Positions 19,743 through 30,384 of a DNA stretch of 64,000 nt are shown here, piece by piece; position 1 is the first letter of the stretch, and every line of letters starts with the position of its first letter. The notes under the pieces were generated by a model. The model was given only the letters and a program-made list of their open reading frames with translations. It ran no database searches and was not told the DNA's origin. The DNA comes from Emiliania huxleyi CCMP1516 (lineage: Eukaryota), in the NCBI RefSeq assembly GCF_000372725.1, contig NW_005201269.1, positions 124,001 to 188,000 on the forward strand, given 5' to 3'. The translations under genes and the position numbers were made by a program.

Positions 19743-22322
19743 ATGGAGTCTTCTGCCGAGGCGCCAGAGCCAGTCGAGATGGAGGCTGAAGCGGTAGAGG
19801 CTGGAGCGGCCGATCAGTTTTTCCCAGGCACGTGTCGAATTTGCTTTGGAGAGGAAGCCGATCGCCGGCTGGTGGCACCGTGCGGCTGCTTGGGCGACCG
19901 CCGGCTTGTGCATCCGCAGTGCCTCGTGCGCTGGCAGCAGCAGGGTCACCTGCATGAGTGCGAGGTATGCCACTCACCGTGGACCTACGGGCTCCAGCCG
20001 AATGCCGTCCCGCCGAGCGCAGACGTGGCGGTCAGCACGCTCGCCGCCTGCGAGGCCGCAATTCGAGCCGACGATCGGCCCTCGCTGCGCCGGCGGCTCT
20101 CGATGCATTTGGTGCAGGCGTCAGGCAAGGAATTGCTGCTGCTCGCCGCTAGGCACGGCGCGCCAGGCGCGGTGGAGGAGCTCGTGGAAGCAGGCGCGGA
20201 TTGCGATGCAGCGAGTATGGAGGCGCTGCGCGAATGTGACTTCGATACGGCCCGGGTGATCATCCGGGCGGGCGCACTGCCGCTGCCCTTCCCTGACCTC
20301 CTGGACGAGGGCGAAACGATCTTCCCGGTGGGTGCGGGCGGCGTCCATGTTGGATTCCCGGGTAACAACTCGCGCGTACTCGATCGGGTGGTGCGCGGCG
20401 ATGCCGGCATGGTGCGCATCTTCCACGCGTATGGCGTCGACCTCAACGCCCCGCGCCATCGCTTTGGGCCGTCGCAGATCTCACTGCTGATGATGGCCAT
20501 CGACTACGCGCCGGAGACCGTCGCGCGCGCGGCGCCGGAGCAGCGAGCCATGTCAGGGAAGGCCCAGGTCGTGCGGGCGCTCATCGAGTGCGGCGCGGAG
20601 CTCGACTACTGCACGGACCGCTCGACGGCCCTCATCAGCGCGATACTGCAGGACGACGTCCACGCGACGGTGCTGCTGCTGCACGCGGGCGCCTCCACCT
20701 CCGCGCGGCCCTCCGTCATCCAGCGAGACGACTGGGCGCTGGCCGACGTCACGTACTCGTCTGGCTCGCGTTGCTCGCCGGAGCTGCTGCGGGCGCTCGT
20801 GTGCTATCAGCTCACCGGGCTAACGCGCCACGCCTCCGAGTGCTTCGCCGACCCGCGGCGCGTGCGCGAGCCCGCCCACCGCTCGCAGCACTGCCCGGAG
20901 ATGCTCATCGCCGGTGAGCTTGGGACGTGGATGGGCGGCATCTGGGCGGCGAAGAGTGGCCGCGCACTGCGTGAGCAGGGCAACGAGGAGATGCGCCAAA
21001 AGCAGTGGGCCAACGCGCTGATCAGCTACTCGGCTGCGCTGATCCAGGGCAGCTTCGTGGGCGAGGACGTCGAGGCCGACCCCGAGCCGCACAAGATCCT
21101 GGCCAATCGCTCGCTCGCCCACCTACGGCTGGCACAGGAGCAGGCGCGGCAGGAGGCGCAGGCGCGGTCGGAGACGGAGGCGCACGCGCTGATGGCGGCG
21201 CCAGCACGCAAGAAGGTCGCGCTGCCGCCCTTGCCGGATCTGATGGAGGCGTTGGGAGTTGAGGCGGTGCTGAGTGGCGCGAGCGCCGAGCCCACGGGCG
21301 AGCAGGCGGCGCGGGGCCTGCGGCCATCGATGGCGTCTCGCGCGCTCGCCTTTGCTGATGCGACGCGCGCGGCCGCGACGGCGCCCTCCCCTTGGGCCAA
21401 GGCCCACGCCCGCGTGGCCGAGGCCGCGTACGAGATCGCTGTGCAGTGCTGGGCGCGCGGCGACCGCCATGGCGTGCACTGCATGCGGCAGATTTGCAGC
21501 AACGAGTATCGGCTGGCCGCGGAGGCCGAGCCCTCGGGTGGCTTCATCACGTGCGCCATGAGGGTGGACAAGGAGCTGCTCGTGACGCCGCCGCGTCGTG
21601 CGAGCGAGGCAGACGACGACGACGACAGCGACGACGAGGGATCTCCGCTCGCACGGCTCAAGCAGCACGTGCGCCTGCTAACGCACGCCGGAGTGACAGA
21701 GTCGGACTTGGCCGCCGCGGGCTTCGCGATGCCGCCCGCGGCCGAGCTCGCCGGCATGACCGAGACGGAGGTCTCCGCCCTCCAGGCCCAGCTGGACACG
21801 GCGTGCGAGTCGCGGCCCGATTTCGACGAGAAGGTGGGGCTCGCCAACCGGCGCAGGATGCAGGGGAGCACGGACATCCCCGCCACGAGAGAGGTCGCGG
21901 GTGCGGCGCCGTATGGAGCCGCGAACGAGCTGTGGACGATGTCGTTCTCCACGATTGGCTACACGCGCGGCCAGGTGCCGATGTGGGCCATCAGCATCGT
22001 CGACGCGACGCCCGCGCCGCATCCGTACGCCGACCTGCTCGTCGGCTCGGGCGTGCACCACGGGAGCGATCGCCCGACGCTCGAGGAGTGCGAGGACACC
22101 TTGCTGCGCGCCGTCCAGTACCCATGCCACGCGGCGGGGCCCTCGCGCCGCCCGCGCCGCCTGGTGCTCGCGTGGCGCATGCGCGAAATGTACGAGGCGC
22201 TCGAGGCGCTCGCGGGTGGGATGGGCATAAGCGTCACGCTCGAGGCGTACGAGGTGGCCCTCGCCATCGCGGAAGCGCATGGGAAGAGCATCGAGGGGCG
22301 GAATCATGGGCCGGCAGAGTAG
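19743..22322 (+). CDS. RING-variant (C4HC3) + ankyrin + TPR protein, putative E3 ligase
   Basis: CRIC..LVAPCGCLG..VHPQCL.RW..CEVC, ankyrin-like repeats, and TPR LREQGNE..A..YS.AL..ILANRSLAHL. Confidence 0.85.
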   Translation: MESSAEAPEPVEMEAEAVEAGAADQFFPGTCRICFGEEADRRLVAPCGCLGDRRLVHPQCLVRWQQQGHLHECEVCHSPWTYGLQPNAVPPSADVAVSTLAACEAAIRADDRPSLRRRLSMHLVQASGKELLLLAARHGAPGAVEELVEAGADCDAASMEALRECDFDTARVIIRAGALPLPFPDLLDEGETIFPVGAGGVHVGFPGNNSRVLDRVVRGDAGMVRIFHAYGVDLNAPRHRFGPSQISLLMMAIDYAPETVARAAPEQRAMSGKAQVVRALIECGAELDYCTDRSTALISAILQDDVHATVLLLHAGASTSARPSVIQRDDWALADVTYSSGSRCSPELLRALVCYQLTGLTRHASECFADPRRVREPAHRSQHCPEMLIAGELGTWMGGIWAAKSGRALREQGNEEMRQKQWANALISYSAALIQGSFVGEDVEADPEPHKILANRSLAHLRLAQEQARQEAQARSETEAHALMAAPARKKVALPPLPDLMEALGVEAVLSGASAEPTGEQAARGLRPSMASRALAFADATRAAATAPSPWAKAHARVAEAAYEIAVQCWARGDRHGVHCMRQICSNEYRLAAEAEPSGGFITCAMRVDKELLVTPPRRASEADDDDDSDDEGSPLARLKQHVRLLTHAGVTESDLAAAGFAMPPAAELAGMTETEVSALQAQLDTACESRPDFDEKVGLANRRRMQGSTDIPATREVAGAAPYGAANELWTMSFSTIGYTRGQVPMWAISIVDATPAPHPYADLLVGSGVHHGSDRPTLEECEDTLLRAVQYPCHAAGPSRRPRRLVLAWRMREMYEALEALAGGMGISVTLEAYEVALAIAEAHGKSIEGRNHGPAE

Positions 22323-22796
22323 TGCACCAGGGGATGTCGCGTTTCACACGTGTACTCTCTGTTTCGAAAAACCGCCCACGCGTACGAACCTACACGGGCG
22401 CAGAACAGGACGGCGGCCGCGTCCGCACGGCGACGGTGACGGGCACCATCGTCGGCACCACCGCTGCCGCCATGCCTTGTGGCTTGCACGCCCGCGAAGA
22501 TGTTTAAATTCTTTTCCACAAACGACAGGCAGGCCCCCGGAGATCGAGGTGGAGCCGTGGGACGAGCCCGACGAGGGCGAGAAGCTGCGCGCCTCCGCGC
22601 GGCCGCCGGAGCCGGCTGAGAGGAAGGCATGCTCACGCTTCCGGCCGCACACTCTCGTCCCGGAGAAGGAGCTGCTGGACCTCCCAGAGTTCACGTCCAA
22701 GAACGAGTTCCTACACCACGCAAGAGTATATTGTAGAGACTGACCATGTGCAGAAAATATCTTTCAGTCTAGCTAAGCCTGGGAAGGCGATTTAGT

Positions 22797-22990
22797 GGGA
22801 CGACCGCGAGGTGGCATGAAGATTGCAGCGAGAAGCGGCGAGAGACTGCGAAGAGAGATAGGAAGAGGCAGACTCCCTAGGGTGGGCGACGGCTAGCGCA
22901 CCACACACCTCTCCTTAAAATCCCTGTGTGGTGGCGGCGTGCCGTCCTCCCATCCCTCCCTTGGGTTGTCTGTTTTCTTTCTTTCTTTTT
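22797..22990 (+). mobile_element. Short retroposon, family 'X', with (TTTC)n tail and 12-bp TSD
   Basis: TSD AGGCGATTTAGT at 22785-22796 and 22991-23002. Homologous to 34069-34265(-) and 42947-43030(+). Confidence 0.75.
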
Positions 22991-23286
22991 AGGCGATTTA
23001 GTCGTGTTCACGCCGGGATCGTGTCCCCGACCGACAAAACCAACATGCATGCACAGACTTTATCGAGTAGGTAGGCCGCGACTGTCGTGTCGCAACGAAA
23101 GTCAGAAGTCAGCACTGGGTCCCAGGAAGGCGAATGCGATGACGGCCTCTGAAAGAAAGAAAGAAAGATAACGGACAACCTCTACCCTCTAGAGTGCACC
23201 TCCTGCCTTGTTTTTAACCAGCTATAAACTCCCGCCTTCGCGCCGTTGCATTTGTCCGCGGCCGCTATTATTGCTGCAGCAACTCC

Positions 23287-24486
23287 ATGCCCCCCCTCTC
23301 CCTGACCCGCCCCCGCCGCCAGTCGGCCGCCGACACGGCGGCTGCAATCCAAGCCTCTCTCCATGAGGAGGCCAAAGCGAAGGGGACTCGCGACGAGGGC
23401 GAGCACGAGGGCGAGCCAGCCGCAGCATCCTCGGCGGCGCGCAAGCGCAAGACCGAGACCGCGTCGGGATCCTCCAAGGCGCCGAAGACAGAGAGCTACG
23501 CCGTCCTAAAGTCTGGCCTGCCCAAGAGCAGCAAGGCCGCGCTGGCCAAGGTCGACGCCGCCGACCTGGCAGCAATCAGAGGGGCGGACCTGAAAAAGAG
23601 CCTCATCGCTCACGTCAAGTCGCTGGCGCACACCGTCGATGCGGTCCGTCCTGCCACCCTCGCCTCAGCCGATCCGTCCTGCCACCCTCGCCACAGCCGA
23701 TCCCACCATCGCCCTCTGCGCTCCGCACCCGCGCGCGCCTCTCCCCCTCTCCCAGGATTGGCACGACTCGTACGAGGAGACTGCGGAGGAAGCTTGCGAG
23801 TGGTGCGAGCGCCCCCCTGCCCTCTCCCACCAAACCGTGGCAGGCATATCCCTTCCTCATGCGTCCCTTCCTCATGCTCCAGGTTCTCCAAGTGTGGTGC
23901 CGCCGTCGAGGCCTGCCTGCGCGTCGGCGTCGGCCACGGCGTTGCCTTCGATCAGTGCCACGAAGTGCTCAAGCTCATCTCTGACACGTGGGGCAACATC
24001 AACGCCATCCCCTTCCGCTGCGACGTCGGCGAGGACGTCTCCAACGTGGACACCGCGATCGAGGTGGACCTCGGCGGCGAGGAGGCGGGAAGCCACCACC
24101 TGACGAGCCCCGAAGGGCTCCTCTCGCTCGCGTGGCCGTGCCTGCTCGCCCGCGCCGCCGCGGACGCCGCTATGCCCGACGCCGCGCTGCTGCGGATGAT
24201 CAAAGACGCGGTCGACCACGGCGTCGACGCGCCACACAAGGCAAGCGAGGAGGAGGAGGAGCTTGGCGAGGGCGTCGTCGGGGCGCGCGTCGCCGCAGGC
24301 CGCCCGCGTCTCTCCACCCTCTTCGACGGGCGCAGGGCGGAGTGGTCGGGCCTCGCGTCCACCAAGAAGAAGCACAAGATGCGCCGCGCGATTGATCGCC
24401 GCTTCGACGGCCCGAAGCACTTGCGCACTCGTGACTTCGGCTCGGACGACGAGGACGGCTACGGCGGCTACGGCGGCTTCTTCTGA
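23287..24486 (+). CDS. Hypothetical protein with about 2 introns
   Basis: Coding-like GC3 bias. Intron-like pyrimidine tracts near 23641-23755 and 23800-23883. Ends MRRAIDRRFDGPKHLRTRDF. Confidence 0.6.
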   Translation: MPPLSLTRPRRQSAADTAAAIQASLHEEAKAKGTRDEGEHEGEPAAASSAARKRKTETASGSSKAPKTESYAVLKSGLPKSSKAALAKVDAADLAAIRGADLKKSLIAHVKSLAHTVDAVRPATLASADPSCHPRHSRSHHRPLRSAPARASPPLPGLARLVRGDCGGSLRVVRAPPCPLPPNRGRHIPSSCVPSSCSRFSKCGAAVEACLRVGVGHGVAFDQCHEVLKLISDTWGNINAIPFRCDVGEDVSNVDTAIEVDLGGEEAGSHHLTSPEGLLSLAWPCLLARAAADAAMPDAALLRMIKDAVDHGVDAPHKASEEEEELGEGVVGARVAAGRPRLSTLFDGRRAEWSGLASTKKKHKMRRAIDRRFDGPKHLRTRDFGSDDEDGYGGYGGFF

Positions 24487-25568
24487 GGCGCGTGCGGGGT
24501 TCCATGTAAGTTCCTGCCGGCATGCCAGCCCACTTGATGGCGCTGCTGCAGCAGCAGCAGCTAGGCGAGCCGCCGCGCCGTTCGCGCTCTGAGCATGCGC
24601 ACACTGTTCCGCTCTCCCTTTTCCGAATTACGTTCTTCCTTTTGCGCGCGTTCCCTCGCGCTGTCTCTCGGGGCTGTCTGTGACTCTCCCTTAACAACGA
24701 AGGCTAGTGAAAAAAAATGTCAATCCGCTAGCGTCGCGCAGCGAGCAGGAGCGAGTTCGCGCTGCGCTAGGCTCAGACGGCGAGTTCGCGCTGCGCTAGC
24801 GCTCGTACGGTGGAGTTCGCGCTGTTGCGCGGCGCTGCACTAGCTAGCTACAAGCAAGGCTCTCTTGCCAACTGCGCGCTGACGCGACGCCGTGTTTTTT
24901 CTCTCCATCGTGGTTTCTGGTCTCGCTGTCTCGCTCCACACACAGCTCACACGGCCCTCTCACGGCTAGGCTCACGGGCGAGAGCTGTGTGCGGCCTTTG
25001 TAGTTTGTTGTTGCCTCCAGGTTGCCTCGCCCTCACCGCTGGGAGCAGGTCTCTTCTCTCTTGCTGGCGGTGGCATTTACGGCGCACCCGACCCGCGCAA
25101 GTCGCTGGGCTACTCTCGCTCAATGGACAAGTTTATGATTATGTTCATTTGCCGGGTCAATCTCTTTGTGCTCTCAACATAGCCGGGCCGGACACGCCCC
25201 ACCCGAATCTCACTCGTTTGCGTGTATGTACGACGAGCGGCACGTCGTGGTGCTGTGGATGATCAAATTATCATCCCGTGTCGGTTATTGTTTTATGTTT
25301 ATGAGGTCGTTGTGTCCGCAGTTAAAAGAAAGAAAGAACGACCCACCCAACCCGAGCGCCGAGTGAGGGAGAGGTGTGGGTTGTGAACGGCACAGGCGCG
25401 CCACCACACGGTCAACTGCCGGCGAGTCGTGGAATACTTTTTCTTCTCACAGCCGCGCACGTCGACCTTGGGACGCCTCCGCGCACTCTGCGGTCCCGCA
25501 CCTTCGAGAGCTCCTCACCGCGGCAGTTCGTTCGCGCTGAGCCGTCTGGTCCAGCACCCTGCTCTCGC

Positions 25569-26506
25569 ATGCGTCTCTCGTACGAGTTCAGCAACCTCTG
25601 CGGCACCGTCTACCGGCAGGGTCCGCTCGTCTTTGGCCCGTCCGGCGACGTGCTCTATAGCGCGGTCGGCAATCGCGTGCAGTGCTTTGACCTCGTGCGA
25701 TCGCGCAGCTTCACCTTTCCGTTCGAGGCGCGGCGGAACCTGACGCAGATTGCGCTCTCGCCCGACGGGGCGGTGCTGCTCGGCGTTGACGAGGAGGGCC
25801 ATCTCATCCTCGCCAACGTCCGCCGGCGAGTCGTCGTCGCGCACCTCAACCTCAAGTCCAAGGTGACGGCGGTTGCCTTCTCGCCCGACGGCAAATGGGT
25901 CGCGTTCGCCGCGGGCCGGCTCGTGCAGGTCTGGGCCACGCCGGCGCTCGAGCGCTCCTTCACGCCCTTCGCGCTGCACCGCACCTTCGGCGGCCACGGC
26001 GACGACATCCTCTGCCTCCGCTGGTCGTCCGACTCGCTCTTCCTCGCGTCGGGCGGCACCGACCTGTGCGTGCGCATCCACTCGGTCCACCAGATCCCCG
26101 GGTACGTGCCCGCCAGCCTGAGCGGGCACCGCGCCGCAGTCAAGGCCGTCTTCTTCGACGCGGCCGACCGCACCCTCTACGCAGTCGACCGCGGCGGTGC
26201 CGTCTCCGTCTGGGAGCTGCGGGAGAGGCCGGACGCGGACCAGGAGGCGGCGGCCGCCACCGCCGCCGAGCTGGAGGCGGCGGGCGAGGCGGGCCGCGGC
26301 GAGGACCGGCTCGGACAGTGGTGGGAGCTGAGAGAGCGCCACTACCTCGACAAGGGCCACGCGCGGGTCACCTCTGCAGTGATGCACGCGCCGTCGAGGC
26401 TGCTCGTCGTCGGCTTCAGCTCGGGCGTCTTTGCGCTGTACGAGATGGTGCGAGCCGTCGAGATGCGCAGCCGAGATGCAACCGAGATGTGTATCGCCGC
26501 AGCCAC

Positions 26507-26541
<35 letters not shown>

Positions 26542-28824
26542 CCGACGGAGAATCGTTTCCTAGCCCGGCCCGTGGCTATCGACTCTTCATGACCGTCGCA
26601 CACCCACCCGGCGCTCTAAGGGTTGGCGCGGGCTCCCCTCATGCCCCGCGGACTCGGCTATGCGCCAAACACGCCCCGTCCCAGCCCTCCTCCCTTCGCC
26701 CTCCTCCCTTCGCCCTCCGCCCCTCGCCCCTCGCCCTCCGCCCCTCGCCCTCCGCCCCTCGCCCTCCGCCCCTCGCCCTCCGCCCCTCACCCTCCGCCCC
26801 TCGCCGCCCCGCAGCCGAGCTGCAACGAGATCCACACCCTCTCCGTCTCGGACGGCCGGATCGACGCCACCGCCGTCTCGCCGGGAGGCGAGTGGCTCGC
26901 GTTTGGCTGCGCGCAGCTCGGCCAGCTGCTGGTGTGGGAGTGGCAGGCCGAGTCGTATGTCCTCAAGCAGCAGGGCCACTTCTTCGCCGAGATCCTCTGC
27001 CTCGCCTACTCGCCGGGCGGCGCAATCATCGCCACCGGCGGAGGCGACTCCAAGGTCAAGCTCTGGTCGCCCGCCTCGGGCTTCTGCTTCGTCACTTTCG
27101 GCGAGCACACCGCGCCCGTGGTCGACCTCGCCTTCGTGCCGCACGGCCGCGCGCTCGTCTCCGCCTCGCTCGACGGCACCGTCCGCGCCTTCGACCTGCT
27201 GCGCTACCGCAACTTCCAGACGCTCGTCACGCCGACGCCCGTCCAGTTCGGCTGCGTCGCCGTCGACCCGTCCGGAGAGATCGTGTGCGCCGGCTCGCGC
27301 GACACGTACAACGTCTACGTGTGGAACCTGCAGACGGCGCATTTGCTCGAGACGCTGTCTGGCCACGAGTCGCCCGTCTCGTGCCTTGCCTTCGGAGCGA
27401 GCGGCAGCGGCCCCGCCCCTGGCTGCTCGAGGCGGTCCGCCGACTTCATTCTTCATCACGACTAATGATGAATTAGGCGGGGGCGGCTCGTGCGTCCTCG
27501 CGTCGGGCTCGTGGGACAAGACGGTCCGCCTCTGGGACTTCGTCTCGTCGAGCTCGTCCATCGAAGTGCTGCAGCACGGTGCGGACGTCCTCGCTGTCGC
27601 CTTCAGCCCCGACGGCTCGATGCTCGCCGCCGCCACCCTCGACGGCGCCATCGCGCTGTGGGACGCGCGCGACGCGTCGCAGGTGGCGAGCATCGACGGC
27701 CGCTCCGACGTGGCGGGCGGCCGCTCGGTCCTGTCGAAGGTGTCGTCGAAGAACGCGCACGGCTCAAAGTGCTTCCGCTCGCTCTGCTTCTCGGCCGACG
27801 GTGGCGCCCTCCTCGCGGGCGGCAACTCCAAGTTCGTCTGCCTCTACAGCGTCGACGAGCGCACGCTGCTGCGCAAGTACGTCCTCTCCAACAACGCCGC
27901 GCTCGACGGCGTGCGGATGCACCTCAACTCGTCGCACCTGACCGACGCCGGGCCGACGCAGGACCTGCTGCTCGACGCAGACGACGACGAGGCGGGCGGC
28001 GCCTCCGCCGCCACGCCGCGCAGCCTCGCGCGCCGCAGCGAGCGCGTGACGCGCCTCGCGGTGCGCTGCGCCTGCGTGCGCTTTGCGCCCGACGGCCGCT
28101 CGTGGGCGGCGGCTTCGACCGAAGGGCTGCTCCTCTTCTCGCTCGACGAGGTCAAATCTCCCCGCATCTCCCCACATCGCCCTGCCGAGGTCCCACTGCT
28201 ACCTCTGCCTCCCTCCCCCCTCTCCCCGTCGCCCCTCTCCACTGCTAACTCCCTCCTCGCCGCATCGTCTTCCACCCCCCCACCCACCCCGGCGCGCCTA
28301 CCGTCCTGCCAAAGGCGCTCAACTTTGACCCGACCGGGCTCGAGCTCGAGACGACGCCGGCCGCCGTCGTCGAGGCGGCGCAGAGCGGCGACTTTGGGCG
28401 CGCGCTGCCGATGGCGCTCTGCCTCAACGAGCCGGGGCTGCTGCGCGGCTGCTGGCAGCTGGTGCCGCCGGAGCACATCCCGATCGTCGCGCAGCAGGTG
28501 CCCGCGCCGTACCTGGAGCGGCTCCTCCGCTTCCTCGGCGGCGAGCTCGAGCGCTCGACGCACGTGCACGCGGTGATGCTGTGGGTGCAGCAGCTGCTGC
28601 TCGCGCACGGCCAGCAGCTGCGCGACCGGCCCGTCGCCTTCGAGGCGCCGCTCCGCGCGCTGCACAAGGGGACGCGGCTGAGGTACGAGGAGCTCGGACA
28701 CATGTGCAACCGCAACCTCTTCTCGCTCGACTTTCTGATTGACCAGCACGGCCAGCCGGCGGCGGAGGCGGAGAGCGGAGAGCAGGGAGGAGACGAGAGC
28801 GGAGCCGGGACCGCCGCCGCGTGA
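25569..28824 (+). CDS. PWP2: Periodic tryptophan protein 2 (UTP1), WD40 SSU processome factor, multi-exon
   Basis: MRLSYEFSNLCGTVYRQG, LGQLLVWEWQAESYVLKQQGH, DGTVRAFDLLRYRNFQT, LLAGGNSKFVCLY and a C-terminal Utp12-like region. Confidence 0.95.
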
Positions 28825-29173
28825 GACGAGGTCCGCGGCTGGTGGCGGTGTACGAGAGATACGTTGACGTCCTTTGTGCGGGCTCATCAGGAGCTGTGTG
28901 GGGCGGTTGTGGATTTTCCGCGCAAGCATAGTACCCGATAAAAGCCGGCTGGGGCACTTCGAGCCGTTTAATTCATCTCCATTATTGCGCCGCCCACCGC
29001 AACGAAAGCTGCGCAACCGAAGGAGGTAATGAGGACCCACAGGCCCCAGATTAAAATTGCGGGGATGCTGAGTGCAAAGACCCCGGTGAATAAGCCGGTC
29101 AGCAGGTAGATAATGAAGGCAGCGATCGTCTCGCTCAGCGCCATGCTTGTACCCCCGGAAACTGTCTCGGAAG

Positions 29174-30213
29174 CTATATCACCGGCAACCTCGGCCTTGT
29201 GCTCGTCAACGCGCCAAAATGGGATGCGGCCGTCTTGACCGCATCGCTAGCGCCTTCTCCCATCTGCTCGGTGGTTGGAGCTATGGCTGGAGCCACAACT
29301 TGGTCGACTACGATCCCGAGGCCTAGGGTTCCCGCGCCCTTAGCAACAGTCATCAGTGTTCCCTTAGCCGCCGCCGCCGCCGCCTCTGCAGCCGCCTTCT
29401 CCGCCGCCTTCGCTGCCGCCGCCTCTGACGCCGCCTTCTCCGCCGCCTTCGCTGCCGCCGCTTTGGTCGCCTTCTCCGCCGCCTCCGCTGCCGCCGCCTT
29501 AGTCGCCTTCTCCGCCACCTCCTTCGCCGCGTCCTGTGCCGCCTGCCCTGCGTTTCGAATTCCATCCTTGATCAGTTTGGCGGTCAGATCGAGGCTGGGG
29601 TCGAGCTTCATCATCAGGGCCGACAGTTTCGGCAGTCGGCGGAATTTGTCGCAGCCCGTGACGCCTGAGATGCCATTGCAGATGTAGGCCAGCTGCTTTC
29701 CAACCCTGCCTGCCACATTCTCGAGGACTTCACGACACCACGGAGGACCATTCGCACAAGAATCGCCATCCAGCAGCTCGACCGCTGATTCGGCCTGCTT
29801 GATCAGCGCCTCGGCGTAGTACCCCGCCGGCTTTTGGGATAGCAAGTTCGGGTATTTGATATATCAGCAACCCGCTTACCCCAGTTCGAGTTCCCGCCTC
29901 CCAGAAGGGTGGATGTCTTCGGCACCGCCTTGAGGTTCGTCACCGAGTTGGTAATATGCTCATTGAAGGAATCCATCGCGGCTTTTTTCGGACAGGCCAT
30001 CGTACCAGCATTGACCATTATCTCGAGCATATCGTCAAATGTTTGGCACTCAACTCGGTGGTCAACTTCAAAACCGAACGGACACGATGAACCTGTCTTT
30101 GCCGCAGATCTTTGTTCGGTAGTCCGGTGACCTCTCGACGCGAGCGGTGGGACAAGGCGCAGCGCTGAGCCCTCGGCCATGTACAGCATCATTAGTATCG
30201 TGCATGCTGCCAT
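29174..30213 (-). CDS. Hypothetical secreted protein with EAAAK-type repeats, in two frames (intron or frameshift near 29830-29880)
   Basis: Signal-like N-terminus. Overlapping ORFs 29803-30213 and 29174-29845. Confidence 0.45.
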
Positions 30214-30384
30214 CGGAGGCGGGGAGGCTCGTTACGGTGGTGATGAGTGTCGAACGCGGGCCCTAAAATTTCAGTATTCTTTTCGGGTTCGCGGGCTTGC
30301 AGTCGCTTCAACCGCCACAAGCTGGGACATCCCAGCGGCGCCGCGTTCGGAGCAGCACGCACAGCTGGGTACTCCCAGACTGCA

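Noticed and set aside
22330..22723. Coding-like fragment (PPEIEVEPWDEP...)
   Set aside because: Short, interrupted by a repeat at 22724, and no family recognised.
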